DNA from: Adineta vaga
Taxonomy: Eukaryota > Animalia > Rotifera
Direction: 5' to 3'
Assembly (NCBI GenBank): GCA_021613535.1
Contig: CP075494.1
Coordinates: 12,214,001-12,278,000, forward strand
DNA: 64,000 bases
The position numbers were made by a program, and so were the translations under genes. The notes under the pieces were generated by a model. That model was given only the letters and a program-made list of their open reading frames with translations. It was not told the origin of the DNA and searched no databases. Position 1 is the stretch's first letter. Each line of letters opens with the position of its first letter. Below are positions 53,847 through 64,000 of the stretch, piece after piece.

Positions 53847-55681
53847 ATGCCGACTGGAGAAGATGTTCGACTTAAGGTTAGTCATGTTAAGAGTAAAAAA
53901 GTTGAAGGAACGTTATATATGACGACTGAACGAATGGGTTGGATGCCAAAGCATAAAGATGTTTTTACATTAACATTTGATTATTGTGATATTAAGTGTA
54001 AGTATAATTTTCTATTTTGTAAATTCTATATTGAACGATTTCTTTTTATCAAGCTCATAGAATTTCATCGGATCAAAAATCGAAAATACGTTTACAAATT
54101 GCTTGCTATAATGAAATGATGACAACATTTCATTTTTGTAATCCGAATGGACTTGATGCACAAAAAAAAGATCGAGATGATGTTTCCGATTTACTCAAAG
54201 TACTTTTACCTGAATTTAAAACTATGATGGATCAAGCACTTGAGATCAAAACGAAAATTTTAAATGAAAATAAAACTGTTTATCAATTATATAAAGATTT
54301 AGTTATAAGTGGTTTAGTACCAGCTGATGATTTCTGGAGTAAATATGTTGATGTAAGTATAGTAATACAGAAAATTTATTTCACAACTAATTTATATTCA
54401 TTATTATTCTAGTTCGATAAATTAACGGAGAGTGCCAGAAAACAAAATACCGGTGTATCTGGTGCATTTTTAACAAATATTCGTCCAGAATCAGGTGATA
54501 ATGGTGGAATTATATATAAACTTAATACCGACACAATTATGTCTATTTTTCGTACATATCCCGCAATTCGAGAAAAATATGAACAAAATGTGCATACGGG
54601 TCATATGAATGAAGCTGATTTTTGGCGAACATTTTTTCAATCACATTATTTTACTATGGATCGAATGAATCCAACACATTCACGTGATCTTTTTTCGGAT
54701 TGTATTAAACGAGATGATGATAATATGCATGATGAAGCAGAACGAGCTAGTCGAAAAGCCATGGCTGTCATTGCACCTGAAACTAATGACACAAGTGAAA
54801 TTGGTTATGGTGTCAATGAAAATACTGGTGATACAACAGGAAAAAATGATTTAAATAAAAATCTCATTAAACGATTCAATTTTCATTCAACGATGATTCT
54901 TAAAAGTACACTTGGTAAAGAAGTTATTAATGATTCAACAGCAACAGCAACAACAACAACAACAGCAACGAATAGAATGGAAACGATTGATGGAAATCCT
55001 CCTGCTGATGATGATAATGATGATAATAATGTTGCTAAGAGATTTAAACCGGATGATGATTTCGAAGATTTACGAAGTGAACAACAAGAAGAAAATCAAA
55101 CATTAAGACTAGTCAATCCTGAAAGATATCTTCGTGCGCCGACGACTGATCGTTCACAGAAAACTGCAGTTGCACAAATACCAACCAATCTGAAAAATTT
55201 TAAACAAGAAATGAACAATTGGCATGCAAATACAGAATTAAATTTGAATTCTCATCTTGCGCATAAGATTGTTAAAGATTTAACACCTGGTGGAGCGCTG
55301 ATGCATGGAACAACACCACAGACATTATCACAAATTGTTCCACAAGCAATTCAAGAAGAAATGCAAACGATTTATATATCATTAAGTGAACTTCTTCGTC
55401 ATTTTTGGTCATCATTTCCACCAAGTTCTCCTCAAATTGAAGAAAAAGTTCGTTGATTTCTTCATTTACTAATTCATTTCTGTGATTTCTATTAGATTCA
55501 TCGTGTTCATGAAACTATCGAACGTTTTCGAGAAACTCAAATCAATGCATTCAAAGAAAAAGTATCAACTGATCTTCTAACAGATTTTCATTTGGCCGGT
55601 CATATGGAAGATCTAATTGATATAGCAAATAAAAAATATCAGCAATGGACTAAAACATCAACATCAACTGGACGAACTTAA
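53847..55681 (+). CDS. GTF2H1: TFIIH p62 subunit (PH plus BSD domains), 4 exons
   Basis: N-terminal PH-like KKVEGTLYMTTERMGW...FHF; QLYKDLVISG...DFW; IFRTYPAIREKY...FWRTFFQSHYF; IKRFNFHSTMIL; LTPGGALM; ELLRHFWSSFP. Confidence 0.93.
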
Positions 55682-55806
55682 GTTTTAGAGAAAAAAGCTT
55701 TTCTTTCGTTTATTGCGCGTGTATAAAAAAAAATATTAAATAAAACAGAATTTAATTCATCACACAAACGTTTACTAATATTGAATTTAATCACATGAAT
55801 AGTTTT

Positions 55807-58800
55807 CTATTTTGAACGTCGAGCAAAAAACTAGAAGGAAAAATTTATGAAACATGTTTTCCTAAAACAAATCATACTTGTTCAATTGAATTAAATGCTT
55901 GATTGAAATTATTCATTTGTCGAAAGCTAGTTGCTAACCATTGAGGTAATTTTGATGGGATATTTGCTTTACCATATCGTTTATCAATCAAAAGAAGACA
56001 AGCATAATCACCACGATGGCGAATAGCTCGTCCAATACTTTGATTAATTGCTTTCCAACATGTATTTTCATAATAAGCACGACCAGTATTATCACTTGAT
56101 GTAGTCGATTTAATTTTCATTGAATCCAAATAGCGCATTTTTTCAATCATTTCAGCTGAACCAATATTTGGATATGGCATACCAACAATACAAACACAGC
56201 GTGCTAATTCATCAGAAAAATTAATACCTTCACTCATTTTACCACCAACTATCGAAAAAAGTAAACCACCAGTTCCATTCTAATACAAATATCTCATTAG
56301 AAAAGGAAAAAAGGAAATATTGAAACAGTACTTTAATTGATTTGGTATAATTTATAAGAATCTTATCAACATCACTTGTACGTTTTGGTTCCATAAAGAT
56401 CTAGACAGAAACAAGTATATATCTTAAGAAAATTTCTTTTTCAAACCTTCTTTTTTGTCACAAGTTTACTCAACACCTGAGTTTTTTCCAAATATGCATA
56501 TGTTTTCTGTAAATGATCATAAGAACAAAAGAAAACGACAAGACCATCTGGTATTGTCGAACAAAGTGATACAAGAACACGACCTAATTCATCCATCTAA
56601 ATCAGAAATAATTTAAGCATAAAAGTCAAAAAATAAAACTTACCATCGCGGTATTTGAACGATTAACAGCAGTAAATTCAAATTCAATATTTTTTGGACC
56701 TGATGGAAGAGCAATAGCTAATACATTATCAGGAGGAACAATATGATCTGAACGAGAAATAAATCTATTAATACAAAAGAAATTTATCGTCACAGAGAAA
56801 GTACTGCATGATAGTTGACAGATTTTTTCTTCGGGTTGACCACAAGCCAGAAAGAGATGATCGATAAATTCACTTATCTATAAAAATTTCGAATAGATTA
56901 GATAGAAAAAATGTTGATTAATTACAGGTCTCATTGTTCCACCTATAGAAAAAAGGATATGTAGAGTATTATGATATTTTCAACAACGATGGGGATAAAT
57001 TTTACCAGCAACAATAACAGAACGAGCTTCATTAACAATTTCATGAAAGAATGCTGATGTTCTTAGTGCAAAAAATTTAATTGAACATTGACCAAGAGTT
57101 TCTAGAAAAGAAATTATCATAAAATCAAAGCAAACACCTGTTGAATAAACCTTTAATAGTAACAATAACTTTTCCATCATTACGTGGATTTGTTAAAGCT
57201 TCGAGAAATTGTGCGAATATGGCAAATGAATTGGAAATTCGATATTCTGGTGATTCTAAATGTAAGTACAATCATTGTTTTAGATCTAAACTTGTAAGAA
57301 TATAGATAACAGAATTTCTTTTACCTTTATTAAGTTGATCATCATCAGTAGTATTTATTTGTGGTTGTTTTTGTAAAGTTTTCTTTTGTAATAATTTTTG
57401 CAATGCACTTTCATTTGTTTTCTTCTCGTCAGATATTTGATCTTTATTCACAGGATACTTCGACATAAAACCATGTAACTACAAAAACGAAGCAATATTC
57501 TTCTATTTATTAGTAAAAATTGTTTGTCAAAACCTTTTTAGTTATTTCATTGTTTTTAATATAATCAATAAGTTGAAATAGATTTACATGAATACTAGCA
57601 TCACATAAATAATCAATTAAATCGAATGTTGAAGATGTTTCTAAAGTATTTAAATTCTTCTATCAAATCATGATAAAATCATAGGCAACTAACCTGTTGA
57701 ATTCGATGAAACAACAAGATTACTCCATTTTTCACTATCGTATGTTGATGGAAGATTTTCTTTTGCTAAAATAATATTCAAATGATAATAAAAATATTCA
57801 TTTGTTTTCCGAAGATCTATTTACAGCATAATGTTTTCATTAGATTGATTTGTACATCTAATAATTGTTTGATTGAAAGTAAATTTTGTGCTGTTAATCG
57901 AGCTTTATATTTTTCATGATAACGAGATAATTGTCCATAAGAATCGATTAACTAAAGCAGAATTTTAAGAGAAGAAAACTATAGAGATTTTCTATTCTAT
58001 TCTTTTCTACTTGATTTCCATTTATTTCATTCGAATGCATCGAACAGATAGCATCAGGAAGGTTATGCGCTTCATCAATAATTACAACATTATCACGCAT
58101 TTCAATACCACATGCTTCACGTGTAGATTTATGCATTAAAGTTTGATAGGGTAAAATAACAAGATGAGCAGCAGCAATAGCAGCTCGTGTTGCATAATAA
58201 GGACAACTATTCAATTCACGGCCAAGTTTAACTACGTCTTCTATATCTTGAGCATCACCCTAAAGAAAATATACTTGATAAATCGACCGATAAATTCATT
58301 TTCTTACTAGAATATCATTTGATAAACATTCAACACGATCTTGTTGTAAAAATGCACATCCACATGCTGTTTTTTGTCGTTTTCCTTTCGTTGTTTTTTC
58401 TACGAGAATTCAACAGAATATTTTGTTTCTTTTCCTAAACATATAGAAGCATTACTTTCTTTCTTTTGTTTTTGTAAATCAAGACATTTTTCATTGATTA
58501 ATGTAATTGATTTCAATTTGAGTACGGACTCATTAATACATAGATTCTAAAGAAAACAAATAAGATTCGAAAGGATTTATTCGAAAAGATTTACTTGACG
58601 TGATCCAAGTGCAACTAAACGTAATTGTTCAATATATTTTGTTTTTTGAATTTCGCCGATAAATTGTGAGATTTGAGAATGTGTACGTGTACAAAAGAAG
58701 ATCTATGAAAGAAAATTTTGATCATTATTGATCATGAAATCATCGTGTACTTTTAGAACATGGGCTTTTTTCTCTCGTAGGTTTGTTTTATCAGTTTTGA

Positions 58801-59791
58801 TAGGAGAATCTATTTCATCGAATAGATTCTTTTGATCAGGATCTTTTATTAATAATTCTTCATCACTAAAATGCAAATTTGTCTGAAAATATAGTTTAGT
58901 TTTTTATTTTACCTTAGTTCATCATCATTATCGATTTTAAATTGCTCTTTTACTGACGATTCACTATCAGAATTGTCAGGTAATTCTTTATCAAATAAAT
59001 TACGATATTTAGCATCGAAATCTCGTTTCTAAATGAAAATTTCTTGTAATACGAAAAGAAATCGAAATATTCGTACTGTTTTTTTTATACTAGTAGCTAG
59101 AGTATTCTTTACTGCATTAGCATATTGATCTTCCAAATCAATTTTTACTTTTAATTCATCCTAAAAAGAAACCACAAATGATTTCTTCGTGGCAATAAAG
59201 TTTATGTTCTGAGAGAGACAAAACATACGCGTCGTTTTTCTCTGACAGCTTCTTCTTCTTTTCGTTTCATTAATCGTTTTAACCAATCACCCGAACTAGA
59301 ACTCATCAATCCATAATAATATCATTACAATTCATTCTAATTGAATTACCTTGATTCAGTTTTTGTTTCTATAGGTTTGAGTAATTCTTCATATTCATCT
59401 CTCCACGATTGTATTTCATCAAATAACCAGCGAAGTGAACCACAGATTAAACTTAAACTTTTGCCCTTGGATAGACGAAAACAATCATTAATGATAGAAA
59501 GCGTTAAAATGAACATACGGTGCCAGTAGGTGATTCAAATATACCATGTTTACATTGGTGAATAGTTGAATAGAGACTACGCATAAAATCAACTTGAATT
59601 TGATAGGGTTCAAACGGAAAACCGAAGGATGTGACATCAACTAAAGAACAAAGAATGTCTTTTTGTGTTGAAACTTTAGTTTGAACTATTGGATCTGGTT
59701 TCTTTGTAATAATATTGTCATCACATGCAGCAAGTAATGCATCATCATCGACGTCGTCATCATCGAATTTTGAAGATGTTGAAGTTGTCAT
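55807..59791 (-). CDS. DDX11: DDX11/ChlR1 Fe-S DNA helicase, many exons
   Basis: FPFEPYQIQVDFM, ESPTGTGKSLSLICGSLRWL, CTRTHSQISQF, LGSRQNLCIN, CPYY, IIDEAHN, AGGTMRP, VGGKMSEGINFSDELARC, NQSIGRAIRH..DYA. Confidence 0.95.
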
Positions 59792-60435
59792 TGAGAACAC
59801 AAGTTATGTGAACGAACAGAAATTCGATGGATAGAATATACGTGAAATACAACAACAACTATCTATATCTGTCTGTCTGTCTTTCTCGTTCGTTGACAAA
59901 TATTTCTCTGAATAAGTAAGACCAGAGGGCACCAGTATATGGATCTTTTGCATTATGTTCATTAATGACGATCTATGAAAGCCTGAGAGAATACATATTA
60001 TTGATGATTTTTCTTTCATGAAATCTATCATTCAAACAGATAATTTACTTATTTTCTAATTCATATCCTAGAGTTTCAACGTCTAGGTGCAGAAAAGAAT
60101 ATAACACATTGATTCATATTCATTGAATACACAACAAATATCTACAAGTTCATACATATTAATGTATTTCCATTTGTTTTAATTATATCATTATAGAAAA
60201 AGATGCATTTCTTCTTTTCGTCTATGGTTATGATTCATTGATTGCCCCCATATATACATTCATTGATACAAAATTGAATGACGCAGATATTTTTTCGCGA
60301 AAGAAAAGAACAGTCTGACTCATTTCTCCCCCCTTGCTGTACTATTTGCATATAAAAGGAAAAGCAAAATAATAATCGAGACAAACTACTCTTGAATCGC
60401 AAAGTATAATTTAGTACATAAAACACAGATCAACG

Positions 60436-60824
60436 ATGAGTAAGTTTTATAGATTATGATAGAATATAGTTTGAAAGTTTTCATATTTGTGTACAGATTA
60501 TTTAACAAACAAAATTGAAGCTAAACTTGGCTTAGATTTAAATCATGATGGTAGAATTGGTGGACCAGGATTAACTGCTAAACTTGAAAAAGCTACCCAT
60601 GTTGATTTCAATCGTGATGGCATCATTGGAGGATATCGACCATCACCAGGCGGAGGTAATTTTTTGTTTTCTTTTTAGATAATTATTTATGTGCTTTATT
60701 AATAGGTTTAATTGGTAAAATTGAACGAGCAACACATATTGATATCAATAGAGATGGATTTATTGGTGGTCGTCCTGGTTATTATTATCCTCAGCAACAA
60801 TGTCATAAGAAGAAGAAGCATTAA
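60436..60824 (+). CDS. 93-aa protein with three DxNxDG-x-IGG repeats (putative Ca2+-binding loops), 3 exons
   Basis: ATG A|gtaagt..., then MNYLTNKIEAKLGLDLNHDGRIGG...KLEKATHVDFNRDGIIGG...KIERATHIDINRDGFIGG...CHKKKKH*. TATA at ~60350 and AATAAA at ~60963. Confidence 0.8.
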
Positions 60825-61639
60825 TTGTTTTTAATATTGAAATTTCATATATACGAAGAAAAAACTTTGATGCATTTTTTTCTGCTATGTTTTTTTTTGT
60901 ACATAATTTTTACATTTGTATCTCGTTTCAATCAGCTACTAGCTTACATCTTCCGAAATCTCAATAAACTTGTGTTAAACATAACTCATATCACATAGTA
61001 TTGTTAAGTGTAAAAAGAAATTCGATATCCTTACTTTTAATACAATGAACAGAACTTCGAAAGTATTTTCACCTATTTTGAAGTTATATTAAACGCATCG
61101 ATCTATGTAAATGTACTTCATATCTAAAGAGCAACATTATTTACAAATAGATTAGATTTGTCGTGTCGTGTCGTGTGACAGTAACAGACAGTATATCCGT
61201 GGATTTTTCTCCTTATAAATCTATTATATAAAACGTATTCAATTACAGATACAAATGCAAAATGGCGTCTATATAAATTAGAACAAGAAATCTATTATTA
61301 GCAATTCTATGAAATTTAACACGAATATGTCACTGTTTTTGCTATGATACTTATTCTTTTAATTAATTCCATATATAATATACGTTTTTTAAACACAAAT
61401 GCACATATATGAAACATAGACAAACTTCGGAATCTCTCATATGTTTGATGAACATTCTAAGACATACAAAATCTACTCTATGTTATTAGTAAATAAAAAA
61501 CAAACATTTCTACATTCTATTATTTGAATAAAAACAATTCAATTCCAAAAAGAAACAAACACAAATACACATTATGTCATTTTTATGCATTACAAAAAGA
61601 AAAACAAACTATCCTGAGGATTCGTATAAAATGTGTTTC

Positions 61640-63828
61640 TTATGTTTTTGCATATTGTGTAAAAGATGTTGGAACTGTATCGCTAAACAGTGTTGTATAT
61701 GTTGTTTTAAGTGAATTAACGTAATTTTGCATGACTCGATTGGAACTATTTGATTGTTCTAATTTATCACGTAATTCACTTAATTGGATTTTAAAATTTC
61801 GTTCAAGTTCTTCATTTTCACGTTTTAATTGAGCATATTCAAGATGAAGTTTGGATATTTGTTGTTCAAGATCATATGTATTCTTTTGGAGAAAAGTATC
61901 CTGATGAAAAATAACAATGTCTTTAGATGAAATTTAGAGAATAATTAATATTTACTTTCGTTGCAAATGTATCATCTCGAATTTTAAAATCATTTTGTTT
62001 ATGAATCGTAGTTAAATCATATGTTTTTGAATTCAAACGTGACTAAAAAAATATCATCAATTTAGAATATATGAACTGATCTACATTTATCCGATCTCAT
62101 AGGCAGTAAAACAATTTTGTTCATAGATTGAACATGCATTGTCTTTTATAGGACTTCTCGTAATACTTTTATTAATCAATTCATATTTCAATGGTTTACC
62201 TGTGCTAATCGTAATTCTTCTTCTTTTGAATGAAGTGTTTGTGACAATTTTTCATTTTGTTCTTCTAAAGCAATAATTTTTCTAAAAAAAACAATATCAA
62301 AAACAGAAATGAACTCTTTTTTTTGCCATTTTTACCGTTGAAGAGTTCGAGTATCACCGTCAAATGAAAATCGGTCATCTTTTGTTCGATTATTAAACGA
62401 AGTTATTTGTCCATCGGAAGGCTTCTCTAATTCGTGAACACGTTTTTGAAGTTTACCATTTTTTAATTCAATTTGTTTCAATAATTCAGGTAATGGTTCA
62501 AGTTCTTCAATACGTTTTTGTAAACGTGCACGTGTTCTTTCTAATTCAAGTTCAGATAAATGATTTTTACTATTATTTGCCGATGTTTTTAATACTTCAG
62601 TATGTAATTGTGCTTTATAGTCATTTGCTAAACGTTCTGCTTGTTCAAGTCTAGCACGTAATTGTAGCACTTCAGAATTTGTTTCATTATCTGTTTGTTC
62701 ATTTTTATTCTCATATAATTTTCTATTTAATACACCGATTTGATGATCACGATCATTTAAATCTGCTTGTAATGTTTCAATTGTTATTGCTTTGTTTTCA
62801 GTTGGAATAATTGATAAAATAGAACATGATGGAGTTGAGTGCATAGGAGAATGTTTTCTTGATCGACGAATGCTGTTACCTTGATGACGATTAAGTTGAA
62901 AATCACGTTCTAATGTCTAAAAATAATCATTTTAAACAAATAAGAAAAGTCTGTTTGTTCTTTATTGTCGGCTATCAATGATTCGGAAGGAAATGCAGGA
63001 TTTTAAGCGCAATAGAGTCTATAATATAAGCGGATTCTCTTAGATGCATTGTCGAGTATATCTATTCTAACTACGATCATAATAAAATTTTAAGACTTTA
63101 AATGAAGACAGTCGTTATCAATTCTTAATTCTACTGAATAACTGACAGAGAAAGAATTAGTGTGACGGAAATAACTTCACGTAAAATTCGAAAGAAAGAT
63201 GTTGATTAAGGAAGTCATTCTATTCTTACCCGTAAGGCACATCGTAATCGATTTATTTCTCCTTCTCGTGCATATAATTCTCGTTGAAGGTGAGCACGAT
63301 TATGTTCTAACGATGTTTTCATCGTATCAAAACTAATAGCATGCGTTCGAATACGTTCTAATTCCGTTTGTAAAGCAATATTATCATTTTCACGATTTAA
63401 TAATAAACGTCTGATTTGTTCATTTTCATTTTCTAATTCATGTATATGTATTTTTAATGTATCACATTGATTATTTATCATTCCATCTTCAGCTTCAAGA
63501 TGATATTGATGACGAAGAAATTCTTTTAGTTTACCATTTGAACGTTCGAATTGTTCAATTAAATGTAAAAGTTCATTTCGATGTTGATAAAGTTGATCAA
63601 CTTCAAACGATAATGGATGGTTGTCCTAAAGGTATATATATATATACATTTATGTACAAAAGAAATTATTTGTTCCTTTGTTTTCTTTTTCAAGAACATA
63701 TAAATGAATTTGAAGATTTGAATAGGAGAGTTTTTCATTATGCTAGTGTAGATGAGAAGAGTAACTTTTTCAACGTATGAAGATTTATTTATCGTTTCTA
63801 GGAGATATTCAGAGTCAAATGAATTCAA
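61640..63828 (-). CDS. ODF2/cenexin-like coiled-coil protein; 5' end unresolved
   Basis: LLHLIEQFERSNGKLKEFLR, RAHLQRELYAREGEINRL and RLQKRIEELEPLPELLKQIE resemble conserved ODF2 blocks; ends ...TQYAKT*. No clean start exon found upstream of ~63626. Confidence 0.7.
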
Positions 63829-64000
63829 AATTGTTTCGTTTCTGTATCGAATTATTTATAGATTAGTTTGTTTCGATGATTTACCATCGGAAATGCTGTC
63901 TCCGAGGAAGGATGTAGTTCATGATATCTTACGGTTCGATAGATTGTAAGAATTGAAACTAGAATTATAGGATTTAAATGAGAAAATACTAGATACATAC

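Noticed and set aside
54912-55106. Poly-Gln ORF
   Set aside because: Alternative frame of the Thr/Ala tract inside GTF2H1.

Overview
Eukaryotic, very AT-rich, gene-dense animal DNA with mostly 45-65 nt GT-AG introns. The compact introns, metazoan orthologues (egghead, Tiki-like, GALNT7, CFAP210, ODF2-like) and an intronless bacterial-type gene fit a bdelloid rotifer (inference, not proven). The ORF track shows only exon fragments, so I rebuilt gene models by hand from splice sites. In order: 3' part of a HIP1/Sla2-like gene; secreted Tiki/TraB-like protease; ~13 kb uncharacterised repeat-protein gene; PPxY membrane protein; R3H protein; short eIF2-beta paralogue; GT32 alpha-1,4-glycosyltransferase; a ~10 kb accessory island (two paralogous micro-proteins, a 41-aa Cys-rich peptide, a cytochrome b561 ORF with an in-frame TGA, a putative horizontally acquired beta-helix glycan enzyme, a repeat-flanked insert); compact POLQ; SGNH hydrolase; GALNT7; an orphan gene; CFAP210; egh - CK2beta - GTF2H1 in an operon-like array; DDX11; a DxNxDG-repeat micro-protein; an ODF2-like gene. 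Best leads: a possible trans-spliced operon (egh/CK2beta/GTF2H1), a possible CUG-initiated CK2beta extension, the lysine-box-poor eIF2-beta, the duplicated micro-proteins with conserved upstream blocks, and a 24-aa repeat I cannot assign. All family calls are from motif recall; no searches were run.
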